Below are positions 18,757-29,091 of a stretch of 64,000 nt of DNA, in pieces. Source of the stretch: an uncultured archaeon (lineage in GTDB: Archaea; Thermoplasmatota; Thermoplasmata; Thermoplasmatales; Thermoplasmataceae); assembly GCA_000965745.1 (NCBI GenBank), contig CP009479.1, forward strand, positions 1,664,001 to 1,728,000. The letters run 5' to 3'. The notes below the pieces were generated by a model. The model made no database searches, was not told where the DNA came from, and was given only the letters and a program-made list of their open reading frames with translations. How positions within the stretch are numbered: position 1 is the first letter of the stretch; each line of letters starts with the position of its first letter. A program made the position numbers and the translations under genes.

Positions 18757-20625
18757 TTACCAGTTCCTGAGCCTTTCCTCAAGTTTCTGATACTCTACCC
18801 ATAGAGTCTTTGGAAGCCTGTCTCCAAAAGATTCCAGGAAAGGCTTGACTTCTTCAAGTTCCTTCAGGAATCCTTTGCTGTCCACATGAACAAGCTTTTC
18901 CATGTCTGCTCTTGAGGTTTCCCCGTACTCGAAAGTGTCAAGATCCGGAACATACCCAATTGGAGTTTCAACTGCATCAGCTTTGCCTGAGACTCTGTCA
19001 ATTATCCATTTAATCACGTACATGTTTCTGGAAAAGCCCGGCCAGATGAAATCTCCGTTCTTATCTTTCCTGAACCAGTTAACGTTGAATATTGCCGGCG
19101 GGTTGCCTATTTCCTCTCCCATCTTTATGTGGTGGGCGAAGTAATCTGCCATGTTGTATCCAAGGAATGGCCTGATTGCCATCGGATCATTTCTCAAAAC
19201 TCCCACCTTGCCAATCGCAGCGGCTGTCGTCTCAACCCTTTGCATTGCACCTATGAGAACTCCGTGCTCCCACGAATATGCCTGATATACCAGGGGAATC
19301 AGGTCCTTTCTTCGTCCGCCGTACAGGATCGCTGAAACGGGAACCCCGGAGGTGTTGTTATACTCCTTTGAAAGTTTCGGGTATTGCTCTATTGGCGTGG
19401 TGAACCTTGAATTTGGATGTGCTGCTTTCCCTTCCCCATTGAACCTGTTTCCTTTCCAGTCATAGAGAACTTCCGGGGACCCATTCATCCCTTCCCAGTA
19501 TGGAAGCCCTTTGTCGTCCATTGCAACATTCGTGAAGATTGTGTTGGAATGAATTGCGGTCATCGCATTAGGGTTGGTTTTTTCGTTTGTTCCCGGGACA
19601 ACTCCAAAAAATCCATTCTCAGGGTTTATCGCATTGAACTTGTTTCCCTTCGGATTCATCCAGATGATATCATCGCTCACCAACTCGGTGCTCCAGCCCT
19701 CTTTCCTGAATGATTCCGGAGGCTCCAGCATAGACAGGTTGGTCTTGCCACTGGCGCTTGGAAACGCTCCTGATATGTAAGTTACCTTGCCGGCGGGATC
19801 CTTGACGCCGATGAGCATCATATGCTCGGAAAGCCACTTTTCCTTCCTTCCACGCACTGTTGATATTCTCAGGGCGTGGCATTTCTTGCTCAGAAGCGCG
19901 TTTCCGCCGTAGTTGGAATTAATGCTGATTATCAGCCCCTGGCCCTGGTTTTCGTCAGGGAAATGGCATATGTACCTGTTCCTGGAGTCAAGGTTCTTCA
20001 TGGAATGTATTCCAAGAACAAAGTCTCCCGATCTGGACATTTCCCTTATCGCGCTCTCTCCTCCACGTGTAATGATCATAAGGTTTGCTACTACATATGG
20101 GCTGTCCGTTATTTCTATGCCCCCCTGCGCATAGCTTGAGCCAATGGGTCCAAGCCAGTATGGTATGACATACATTGTCCTTGATCTCATTGAATCCTTG
20201 AGGAGGGAGTACAGTTTCTGCTTGGCCTCATCACTGTGCATCCAGTTGTTTGTGGGCCCGACATCCTCCTTGCTCCCGGAAGTGCAGATGTATGTGTCGC
20301 CTTCCGATCTTGCAACATCCTGTGGATTGCTCCTGTGAAGGTATGAATTTGGATACTCCTGTTGGTTGAGCTCAAGAAGAGTCCCATCATCTTTGAGCAT
20401 ATTGATGAGGTCTCTTTGTTCCACTTCGCTTCCATTCATTATGCGGATGGATGAAGGATTAGTAATTTCCGCTGCTTCAATAATAGCTGATTTCAATCTA
20501 TCGGCAAACTCTCCATTCAGGGATTCAGCAAGTTTCATCATGTCGTTGCTGTCTATCCGCTCGAGATTTTCCTTGGTCATCTGGTTGCTTAGGTCAGGCG
20601 CGTATTTTCGCTCGAAATCTAGCAT
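18757..20625 (-). CDS. pckG: Phosphoenolpyruvate carboxykinase (GTP)
   Basis: DVARSE, YGGNALLSKKCHALR, EHM, AFPSASGKTN, DDI, AHPNSRF, GGRR, NWFRKD, WPGF. Confidence 0.97.
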   Translation of the reverse strand: MLDFERKYAPDLSNQMTKENLERIDSNDMMKLAESLNGEFADRLKSAIIEAAEITNPSSIRIMNGSEVEQRDLINMLKDDGTLLELNQQEYPNSYLHRSNPQDVARSEGDTYICTSGSKEDVGPTNNWMHSDEAKQKLYSLLKDSMRSRTMYVIPYWLGPIGSSYAQGGIEITDSPYVVANLMIITRGGESAIREMSRSGDFVLGIHSMKNLDSRNRYICHFPDENQGQGLIISINSNYGGNALLSKKCHALRISTVRGRKEKWLSEHMMLIGVKDPAGKVTYISGAFPSASGKTNLSMLEPPESFRKEGWSTELVSDDIIWMNPKGNKFNAINPENGFFGVVPGTNEKTNPNAMTAIHSNTIFTNVAMDDKGLPYWEGMNGSPEVLYDWKGNRFNGEGKAAHPNSRFTTPIEQYPKLSKEYNNTSGVPVSAILYGGRRKDLIPLVYQAYSWEHGVLIGAMQRVETTAAAIGKVGVLRNDPMAIRPFLGYNMADYFAHHIKMGEEIGNPPAIFNVNWFRKDKNGDFIWPGFSRNMYVIKWIIDRVSGKADAVETPIGYVPDLDTFEYGETSRADMEKLVHVDSKGFLKELEEVKPFLESFGDRLPKTLWVEYQKLEERLRNW

Positions 20626-20743
20626 ATGCCTCTAAAATCCGCATTTTATTCTTAATAATTTGCACCGATCAGTTATGTAATGGCACGATTTTTCTCGTCT
20701 ATTGTCGATTTTTCTTAGATTAACCGGACAACTGCTGGCTATT

Positions 20744-21268
20744 CTATCTGACAAGGTACAGAAAATCGCCAGCCCAAGCCACAACAATCCCGATAATAAA
20801 CATCATTATTATCCAGAAGAAATAGTTCCCTTTAACAGATTTTCCTATGCCGAAGCCGAGCACTGCAAGTGATGCTTCCGCAGAAGCTATTGCAACGATC
20901 GGATCGGATGGAAGCATCACACTGGTAACGAGCGGTATCAGAGCACCCACAAAACCAAAGAACCCTGCAGAAGCTGCTCCTGCAACTGATTCAAATATGA
21001 TATCCCTTCCCAGCTTGCTCTTGATGAGGTATGTGGGCGACCTCAGGTTAAGCTGCCTTGAGGTCCTCGATAGCTCTCCTCTCAGCTCAGAATACTGGGC
21101 TATAAAATAACTGAATGTCCCCACAAAGGATGACCCGTATGCTACCCTGAAAGCAAGCCCCAGGTAGATGTGGTCCCCCCTCAGTATGTCCCCGGCAACC
21201 AGCATTAAAGCCGTGATGATGCCGTCGGACAATCCTATTGTTATTGGAAATATTAGCTTATACCTCAT
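20744..21268 (-). CDS. VIT1/CCC1-like metal transporter family protein
   Basis: GLSDGII motif, multi-TM, coupled to the DUF211 gene. Confidence 0.7.
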   Translation of the reverse strand: MRYKLIFPITIGLSDGIITALMLVAGDILRGDHIYLGLAFRVAYGSSFVGTFSYFIAQYSELRGELSRTSRQLNLRSPTYLIKSKLGRDIIFESVAGAASAGFFGFVGALIPLVTSVMLPSDPIVAIASAEASLAVLGFGIGKSVKGNYFFWIIMMFIIGIVVAWAGDFLYLVR

Positions 21269-21549
21269 TCTATGTGTCTAACACTCTCTGTTAGTCTTCT
21301 CCCTACTGCAATCTCATCAACAGAATGAATCGCAGCTCCAGTTCTTTCAATGGTCTCAATAAGTTTGTCAAATTCTATGTTCGTCCCCTCTACCGTGATG
21401 TTTGTCCCCATGGTCTCCATGTCCATCTCGGTAACACTGATATTCAGGGCTTCAACGCCAGGGACAGCCTCTATGGCTTCTGCTAATTCGATCAGGGTAG
21501 GTCTGTTAAGACTCTTATCAACATCAAGAACAACACGTCTAACATTCAT
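21265..21549 (-). CDS. DUF211 family protein
   Basis: RRVVLDVDK, EMDMET, GAAIHSVDEI. Confidence 0.85.
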   Translation of the reverse strand: MNVRRVVLDVDKSLNRPTLIELAEAIEAVPGVEALNISVTEMDMETMGTNITVEGTNIEFDKLIETIERTGAAIHSVDEIAVGRRLTESVRHIE

Positions 21550-21822
21550 TTTACATCAGTTCAACAAATTCATTTCTTGCGGAGAATATGCTATCCGCTA
21601 CACTAATTCGCAAAAATCGTTTACCATCCGATACAGCGCTCATGTGCTGCATCCCTTCCGGCCACTTCTGGTCATGGAAAAAAGGAAACTCCTATTCTGT
21701 AATAGATTGTTATTCCCCAATTTTATCCTTTGTGAAAGATTATTTTTTTATGCTTAATAAACCTTGCTTCGAATTCAAGCGAAAGGTACTGGCAGTGGCA
21801 TCTGAAAGGTTCATGATGGCAG

Positions 21823-22839
21823 TTATATCCAGCCATATCTCCTGAACAGGAGAATCAGGGTTAAACCCAATCCTCCAAGTATTGCAACGAAAATATAGAA
21901 GCCAAAGCTCAGGTGGGTTAACGGAATATTTATGCCAGAAGTGAAATTTGTCCCGAAAACACTTGCCAGCAAGGAAAGGGGCAGGAATATGGTTGCAACG
22001 AGTGTCAAGAGCCTCAGGACCTCATTTGTTACTGCTGACATAAGGTTGAGATACAGGCTACGTATGTCGCTCGACCTGCTGATGTAGGAGTCCACCATCT
22101 CGATCAGCTGAAAAGTGTGGTCATAGATATCCCTGAAATTCTTCAGGTTACCTGTCTGCACAAAAGGTACTCCCCCTTTCATTATGTTACTCAGGATATC
22201 TCTTGTCGGCGTGATCGTATTTCTCAATTCAGATAGTTCAGCCCTTATGTCCGAAAATTTTGAACTGATCTCCCTGACGGTAACTATCCTGTTCTTTCTT
22301 CTGGCAATCGTGGAAACTGCACCTTCATCAAGGCGATCGAGCTCATCATCCCATGAATAGAGTATCGGGTAGAACGAATCAACGGAGTTGTCAAGCAGGA
22401 GATAATAGATCAGATCGGTAGATGGAGTCTTGGAAAACGGGCTCAAGCCACGGACCCTCACTCTCTTGTCCACTATATCTACAATATTTATCTTCTTTTT
22501 ATGTATTGAGATGAGCCACTTCTTGGAGTGGAACACGAACAGCTCCTCCATTTTCAGTGAAGCCCCATTTTCATCGATTTTCTCAGGTGTTTTGATGACA
22601 GAGAATGTATATTCTTCATAGTCCTCTATCTTTGGCCTCTGGTTTCCAGTAGTTACGTCCTCTATAGCATACGGGTCAAGCTTGAAAAACTTCTCGAAAT
22701 ATTCAAGCTCGTTCCCGGTTTCCATTGTAATGTCTATCCACAGAATCCTGTCCTTGCCAAGGGCAGACTCCATGTCGTCGAGAACGGACGGGTCCGCAGC
22801 AGTTGCAGTTGTGCCTTTGAGAATGATATAACTGATCAA
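21823..22839 (-). CDS. corA: CorA-family divalent cation transporter
   Basis: WIDI, AIED, QRPKIE, LTLVATIFLP, variant signature GTN in place of GMN, two C-terminal TMs. Confidence 0.9.
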   Translation of the reverse strand: MISYIILKGTTATAADPSVLDDMESALGKDRILWIDITMETGNELEYFEKFFKLDPYAIEDVTTGNQRPKIEDYEEYTFSVIKTPEKIDENGASLKMEELFVFHSKKWLISIHKKKINIVDIVDKRVRVRGLSPFSKTPSTDLIYYLLLDNSVDSFYPILYSWDDELDRLDEGAVSTIARRKNRIVTVREISSKFSDIRAELSELRNTITPTRDILSNIMKGGVPFVQTGNLKNFRDIYDHTFQLIEMVDSYISRSSDIRSLYLNLMSAVTNEVLRLLTLVATIFLPLSLLASVFGTNFTSGINIPLTHLSFGFYIFVAILGGLGLTLILLFRRYGWI

Positions 22840-22907
22840 TATCGAATCACCAGCTTATGAAATATAATATGATCACACAATAAAAATCTTTGAACTGTGA
22901 AATAAAA

Positions 22908-23654
22908 TTAAAGCTCAAACAAGGTTCCCCGTTTTATCTCTTCCCTGGCATCAAATTCCGGGAATTCGTCAAAATTGAGCAGGCTTGATGACACCACGCC
23001 CTTCCAGCTCTTGCATTCAATTCTGTACAGCTTGTCAAACTCCTCGTAGTTGCCTCCTCTTGAGCCTTTGTCAGTAAAATAGTATGATCTTGCCCCTTCC
23101 CTCTCCCCGGATCTCTTCATGATAATCAGGAAGATGTTGGACAGTGCATACTCAACTCCGTCCGTGTCAAGATTGGCAAACACATGTTCAAGCTCACTAC
23201 CAACATCTGATGTCTTCCCCGCAAGGTATTGCAGGAAAACCTCGCTGTCTGTCGTCGCCTCAAGATCTTCTCTGGATTCGCCTGTGTTCATCGAGTACTT
23301 GTCAAACCATCCGTTATGGGAAAGGAAAAGCTGGTACCCTCTGACAGAAACTGAAAAAGGATGATTACTTAACATTCCGCCTGGCTGGTCGTCTGAAGTT
23401 TTCCTCGAATGGAGCATCATGGTTCCCTGCTGGACTGCGGGAACTTCAGACACGTATATCGGCGAAGTGTTTCTTACATGGGAAATGCCAGCTTTACCTA
23501 TGTTAACATACCCCCACCCATCCCCATGGGTCAGGAATCTGTAATCACTTTCAGGATCCGGCAGAGGGTCTTTCAGGGAGGCTTTCTGCAAACTCTTGAA
23601 TATTCCTGCAAAATCTTCGGAGAATTCTCCCTTCAGTAGGGCCATCCTGCACAT
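22908..23654 (-). CDS. Class II glutamine amidotransferase-like Ntn hydrolase
   Basis: N-terminal MCRM, HGDGWG, HSRK, NHPF, SHNG, TDSE. Confidence 0.85.
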   Translation of the reverse strand: MCRMALLKGEFSEDFAGIFKSLQKASLKDPLPDPESDYRFLTHGDGWGYVNIGKAGISHVRNTSPIYVSEVPAVQQGTMMLHSRKTSDDQPGGMLSNHPFSVSVRGYQLFLSHNGWFDKYSMNTGESREDLEATTDSEVFLQYLAGKTSDVGSELEHVFANLDTDGVEYALSNIFLIIMKRSGEREGARSYYFTDKGSRGGNYEEFDKLYRIECKSWKGVVSSSLLNFDEFPEFDAREEIKRGTLFEL

Positions 23655-23729
23655 GGGAAGTCTAATGGAAACTGAGGTTATAATCTGTTCTGAAGGAATA
23701 TTTATGCAAAGCTACAGATAACACATCTA

Positions 23730-24818
23730 ATGACAGGCAGTTTGAATTATTACAAGGTGAAAATGCCCCTGGTCGACCCATTTACCACAAGCTTCGGCAC
23801 TGAAACAGAAAAAGAGGCGTACATATTCGAGTTAAAGAAAGACGGCATTTCAGCGTTCTCAGAATCGGTTACCTCAATTGGCCCCTTCTACAGCTACGAG
23901 GACAACACAACAGCTTTCCACATCATAAAGTCATACCTGGCAGAATTGGTCCTCGATGCCCCACAACCCGCCGAGTTTATCGCGCGCTCCAGCAAGGTTA
24001 AGGGCCACAACATGGCAAAGGCAGCGCTCGAAATGCTGCTCTGGGATTACCATTCCAGGAAAAGTGGCAAACCACTTCACGAATACATTGGGAAATCAAA
24101 GGGTTATGCTGACGTTGGCATCTCCTTGGGAATCGACAGGAAGGAAGCGACACTGAAAAAAATACAGGCGGCATTGGACAGAGGCTACAAAAGAATAAAA
24201 GTCAAGATCTCAAAAGGGAAGGAAATGGACATTCTGACACCCATACGGGAAGTTTACCCTGATATAGCACTTAGTGTCGATGCAAACACAGATTACCGCC
24301 TCAGGGACCTTGAGATTCTGAAAAAACTGGACAGATTCAACCTCGTTTACATTGAGCAGCCGCTTGAACATGATGACATTCTTGATCATGCCAGGTTGAG
24401 AAAAGAAATCTCCACGCCCATATGCCTGGATGAGTCCATAACATCTGCAGAACGTGCGGAACAGGCTTTGGAGGTGGAGGCTTGCGAAGTGATAAACATC
24501 AAGCCTGGAAGGGTGGGCGGTTTCACTGAATCTTTGAAAATAGCAGAACTGGCAAGAGAACGGAAGGCTCATGTCTGGGTCGGAGGAATGCTTGAAACTG
24601 GTATCGGTAGGTCATATAACGTTGCCCTGGCAAGCCTTGAAGCTGTAGATTACCCGGGGGACACGTCTCCCAACGACAAGTATTTCGAAAGGGATTTAGT
24701 CAGGAACCCGTTCTCAATGGAAAATGGAACCATAAGGCCGAACAGCGGAACCGGGATCGGTGTTGATATTGACTTCGAGATGATCAACAAGGTCAAGATT
24801 GAGGCTGGAACTTTCTGA
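23730..24818 (+). CDS. menC: o-Succinylbenzoate synthase / N-acylamino acid racemase (enolase superfamily)
   Basis: PFTTSFG, KIKVK-like RIKVKI, DAN, EQP, LDES, NIKPGRVGG, WVGGMLETGIGR, PGDTS: the NSAR/OSBS subfamily pattern. Confidence 0.85.
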   Translation: MTGSLNYYKVKMPLVDPFTTSFGTETEKEAYIFELKKDGISAFSESVTSIGPFYSYEDNTTAFHIIKSYLAELVLDAPQPAEFIARSSKVKGHNMAKAALEMLLWDYHSRKSGKPLHEYIGKSKGYADVGISLGIDRKEATLKKIQAALDRGYKRIKVKISKGKEMDILTPIREVYPDIALSVDANTDYRLRDLEILKKLDRFNLVYIEQPLEHDDILDHARLRKEISTPICLDESITSAERAEQALEVEACEVINIKPGRVGGFTESLKIAELARERKAHVWVGGMLETGIGRSYNVALASLEAVDYPGDTSPNDKYFERDLVRNPFSMENGTIRPNSGTGIGVDIDFEMINKVKIEAGTF

Positions 24819-24933
24819 AACCCCCTATCAAATCAATTTTGGGGGTGCGCTTATTTCAAGTTATTTCTAACAAATACAATAACTTAATAATAGTAGATTA
24901 GGATCGCCATTCACGCCAAGAATACAGGCATTC

Positions 24934-26547
24934 ATGCAAAGGATTTACGGCACAGGGGGCGGCTTCATTTTGGTGGCAATTTTAATCGCCCTCGCGGTCA
25001 GGACTATTGTCATATCTAGTAGCCCTACATTTCTTCTTGGTGGTGATACACCAGGTTATGTTGCCTACACGAGGGAAATAATCCAGAATGGCTTCCTCGT
25101 TCCCGGCCTGAACACCCTTCATTTTCCCGGGAGTTTCTGGGTTTACCCGCCAATCCTCCCGTATTTCTGGAGCATTGTCTCGAACGCATTGGGCAACAAC
25201 CCCCTCACGCCGTTCTATGTAATAGAGATAAGCGGGATAGTCGCCGACTCTTTTGTCATAATTCCACTTTACAAGACCGCCAGAACAATATTTGGCAATG
25301 GGGTGGCAAAGGCTGCAGCCTTAATGTTCACAGTTTACCTTCCTGATCTATACGCCCTGACATGGGGCGGAGTTCCTCAGCTCTTTGCAACCCTGATTTT
25401 TGCTTGGGTCATTTACTTCACTGTCATGATTTCCAGGCAGGAGACCAGGTCAAGAAAGAACGCTGTTGCCCTGGGCATCACTCTTGTTATACTGACATTC
25501 ACGCACGATCTGACCATATTTGTGACAGTTTTTGTCCTAACTTTTGTCCTTGTTGCTTCTATACTCCTGAAAAAAGTTAAGGTTCCAGGGCTAAGACCGA
25601 ATGTTGCTCACCTAAACTCGATAGTAAAAAATATCCCATTGTCATTGCTGATAGGGCTTCCAGCCATACTTCTCTGGTATATCCCGAGATACTGGTGGAT
25701 CATCGATGCCGGAGCCCCTTACATTGATGCAAATCTCCCTGCAATATTTCCCCAAAACGTGGGGACACTCCAATTGATTTTCCAGGGCGTGAATGGCTAT
25801 CTTTCCCCTCTTGGCTTTGCCATATTCCTTATCCCGCTGGTTGCCTGGAGTTTATACGTTGCTGTCAGGAGGGATTTCGAGAAATCCGGGGTAATCCTGT
25901 TATTCGCATTGTCTCCTATTCTGATAAGCATAGTTGATTTTCATGACCCCACTATTGTGGCCAGGATGGGATATTACACCTTCCTTCCCTCACTTATTCT
26001 CGCAAGCTACGGAATTATAAGGCTCAAGGAAATGTACACCAGGGAGTCAAAGGCCGAACGCGGCTCATATTCCATAAAGCCTTCCGGAAATCAGAAAAGG
26101 GTCATCGCAGTAATGTTGCCCCTGATTCTGGTATCGGCGCTGGGCGTATCAGCCAATATGAATTCGCACACATTCTACAATTCATACGTCGACAGCAGCC
26201 CAAGCCAGGTGATTGATTACTCCACACTGAACTGGATACATTCTAATGTGCCAAAGAATTCAACATTCGCCTCCTTTGGCGAGTTTGGATACTACATAAT
26301 GGGTTATGACGGCAATCCGACGCTTGTGTACCAGAATCTGAAGTATCTTACACAACCCACGGAATGGAATGAAAGCGTGGCAGCCTACGCGCTGGTGTAC
26401 CAGCCAAGCCAGAATCTGACTCTGACCGAACATTTGATTACCAAGTATAATGTGTCCTATGTAACAAGTATTGTCAATGTTTCAGTTCCAGGGTTTTACA
26501 AGGAGATCTATACCGACAACAGCACAACAATCTATTACGTCAAGTAA
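24934..26547 (+). CDS. Polytopic membrane protein, GT-C fold glycosyltransferase-like
   Basis: GGDTPGY and YPP in the first loop, about 12 TMs, C-terminal extracellular domain rich in N-x-S/T sequons. Confidence 0.6.
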   Translation: MQRIYGTGGGFILVAILIALAVRTIVISSSPTFLLGGDTPGYVAYTREIIQNGFLVPGLNTLHFPGSFWVYPPILPYFWSIVSNALGNNPLTPFYVIEISGIVADSFVIIPLYKTARTIFGNGVAKAAALMFTVYLPDLYALTWGGVPQLFATLIFAWVIYFTVMISRQETRSRKNAVALGITLVILTFTHDLTIFVTVFVLTFVLVASILLKKVKVPGLRPNVAHLNSIVKNIPLSLLIGLPAILLWYIPRYWWIIDAGAPYIDANLPAIFPQNVGTLQLIFQGVNGYLSPLGFAIFLIPLVAWSLYVAVRRDFEKSGVILLFALSPILISIVDFHDPTIVARMGYYTFLPSLILASYGIIRLKEMYTRESKAERGSYSIKPSGNQKRVIAVMLPLILVSALGVSANMNSHTFYNSYVDSSPSQVIDYSTLNWIHSNVPKNSTFASFGEFGYYIMGYDGNPTLVYQNLKYLTQPTEWNESVAAYALVYQPSQNLTLTEHLITKYNVSYVTSIVNVSVPGFYKEIYTDNSTTIYYVK

Positions 26548-26661
26548 TCATTTCTCAAGCGGGCTAAATCTGTTCCGCTATGGTAGATGTATCTATGGCA
26601 ACGCTTTTAATGGGAAGGACGATCTGGTTTCATATTAAGAGAAGCGGTGGTGGAATAGGAT

Positions 26662-29091
26662 ATGTCAGCAGAAAGAAGCAAATCTGTCATCGGGTCCAGC
26701 ATTTTCCAATTCCTGAACGACCGGAGCACCCTTTTCATATTCTATGCAGCTTTCTTTCTCCTTGCAGCAATCGTTGCCTGGGGTTTCCTCGGTTATACGG
26801 ACCTCCCTGCAATAGTGTCAATATGGATTCTGATATTACTCAGCGCTGTATACCTGATATATGCAGTGGCGCTTACAAAGCCGATACCTCTTGTTGAGAA
26901 ACTTCCCTTTGTATCATTTGCACTCTCATTATGGCTGTTTATACTGATATCCAAAATGTTCTACCCGGCTGCGATACACGATGAAATCACGATAGACTCG
27001 TACGCAGCCTATCTGTTTCTCCACCATATCGATCCATACGTGTCGGCTAACATGATCAACGTGTTCAATTTCTTTCATTTCCCATTATATTACGCGACAC
27101 CCCTTCGTGCAGGAGGTTATGTTTACTACCTTATCTACCCGGCGTTGTCTGTGTATGCATTCATCCCATCAGTCGCCCTGGGAATTCCGGACTACTGGAT
27201 ACCGCTTCTGTTCAACGTGGGCACATTTCTGATACTCGTGTATTATTACAGGAAAAGGAAATTCACTGCCACCATACCATTCATAGCGGTCCTGGTCTTC
27301 GTTGAGGCTGAGCTTGTCATAGGGGCAGTCACCGGTGAGACTGATGTGATCTGGGTTTTCTTCCTGGCACTCTCCTACATTTTCAGGAAAAAGCCCTGGA
27401 TGGCCGGGGTATTTTTTGGGCTCTCGATCGCCCAGAAGCAGATACCGGTCGTCATCGCCCCCTTTCTTCTCTACATGATTTACATTGAGAGCGGAAGGGA
27501 CAAAAGGTCGTTTGTAACGCCCGTAGTGGCTGCGGCCACAGTATTCCTGGCTCTTAATGCCCCGTTTATACTGATGAATCCGGGTGCCTGGTTTTCAAGC
27601 ATGCTTCTGTCCGTGGGGCAGCCGATCATCGGAGTGGGCTTCGGTTTCGGCATTCTCTCCTTTGCAGGTTATGCCCCTGTTTCATCCGTCATCTTCTCAG
27701 ACCTTCTCGTAACTTCCCTGGCCTTCCTTTTCGTATTTTACATCAGATATTACAGATCCGTAAAATATGCATTTTTTGCATTTCCGATTGTCATATTCCT
27801 CTTCAACTTCAGAAGCTTGGAGAATTACCTCATTTACTGGCCACTACTCACTATGCTGGTGCTTCCCGACTTCATAAAAGACCGGGAGAGTGGGGACTCA
27901 GAAAATGCAAAACCTGAAACATCGAAGAGGCGCAGGCCATTCCTCTCAGGAACCTCAGGTTTACTCAAGAAAACTAATTTCACAGTGTTCATCATGCTGG
28001 TCATCATACTCGCCGGAGGTGTTTCAACAGGTTACGTAAACCACGAAAACTCCGCATACAGGAGCCAGCTGAAAATCAATGGAATCACACAGTTTCAGGA
28101 CCAGATAATGGTGAATTCCAAGATCACCGCAATGACAGTGAATCTTACTTACAGCCCGATGGATAACTCCAAATCAAATATTCCGGTATTCTTCCGGATA
28201 ATGCCGAATGGGCCCCTAAATTCGAACATAAACGCCCTGCTGTGGAGTGCAAAGAACCCATATGTCAGGCAGGGAAACAACTCACTTACAATTTACCCGG
28301 ATTTCTACTCTGATATGCTCCCTGCCAACACGAGCTTCATCCTCGAAGCTTACTATGGAAACATAACCGCCTATTACAAGGCCGTCTCTCCAGTATCGCC
28401 TGCCAACCCACTGCAGGACCCGTTTCTGTTGTACCCCACCACCGATGAAAAAGCGCCATTTCCGGGCTGGAACCTGACCAAGTCAGGAAATGATGGAAAC
28501 ATTGTTTATTCATCATCACACCTAAGTCTCGGGCTCCGCGATTCCAATGGGACAGGACAGGGGTGGAATTCAATTTCGATTTCGACTCCGGTGAATTTCA
28601 CCTACCTTGCGGATAATAACTACACACTCTCGTATTCGGCTTCGGGGACAAATGGAAGCTATATCGGCAGAACGGGCACAATCCTCAGGTTTTCAGGAAT
28701 TCTTCTCACCTTCAACGCCGGGCAGGAGAAATTCTGGTACGGGTACAATGCCTCGGCCATCAATAAAAAATATTCTTCGTTCAACCGCATAAACGCAAGC
28801 GTAGTGACTTCCAATACTGTCCTCAATTTCAGCACCATAAGGGAGTATCTTTCGACTCTCGGATGGGGTTTCAGCCATGCAGTCCTAAGCTACGCCGTGG
28901 TATCCACCACGGAATCGGGCCTGAATTTCTCCCTCTCAAACATCTCTCTTTCGGATAACGGAAAAGCCATCAGGCCATTTCAATCGGAAGGCGGGTTCGT
29001 GTTACAGCCATACACAGCAAATATTTATTCTTCCAGCCCCGATCTGCAGGCTGTGCAACTGGTAAGGCCACAAGAGGTGGTCAGCTGGTAG
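26662..29091 (+). CDS. GT-C (GT87-like) membrane glycosyltransferase with large extracellular domain
   Basis: HDE motif, IDPY, YLIYP, GETD, AQKQ; C-terminal sequon-rich domain. Confidence 0.65.
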   Translation: MSAERSKSVIGSSIFQFLNDRSTLFIFYAAFFLLAAIVAWGFLGYTDLPAIVSIWILILLSAVYLIYAVALTKPIPLVEKLPFVSFALSLWLFILISKMFYPAAIHDEITIDSYAAYLFLHHIDPYVSANMINVFNFFHFPLYYATPLRAGGYVYYLIYPALSVYAFIPSVALGIPDYWIPLLFNVGTFLILVYYYRKRKFTATIPFIAVLVFVEAELVIGAVTGETDVIWVFFLALSYIFRKKPWMAGVFFGLSIAQKQIPVVIAPFLLYMIYIESGRDKRSFVTPVVAAATVFLALNAPFILMNPGAWFSSMLLSVGQPIIGVGFGFGILSFAGYAPVSSVIFSDLLVTSLAFLFVFYIRYYRSVKYAFFAFPIVIFLFNFRSLENYLIYWPLLTMLVLPDFIKDRESGDSENAKPETSKRRRPFLSGTSGLLKKTNFTVFIMLVIILAGGVSTGYVNHENSAYRSQLKINGITQFQDQIMVNSKITAMTVNLTYSPMDNSKSNIPVFFRIMPNGPLNSNINALLWSAKNPYVRQGNNSLTIYPDFYSDMLPANTSFILEAYYGNITAYYKAVSPVSPANPLQDPFLLYPTTDEKAPFPGWNLTKSGNDGNIVYSSSHLSLGLRDSNGTGQGWNSISISTPVNFTYLADNNYTLSYSASGTNGSYIGRTGTILRFSGILLTFNAGQEKFWYGYNASAINKKYSSFNRINASVVTSNTVLNFSTIREYLSTLGWGFSHAVLSYAVVSTTESGLNFSLSNISLSDNGKAIRPFQSEGGFVLQPYTANIYSSSPDLQAVQLVRPQEVVSW

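Noticed and set aside
21550-21822. Possible metal or fluoride riboswitch upstream of DUF211/VIT1
   Set aside because: No consensus elements of the crcB or yybP-ykoY motifs could be recognised
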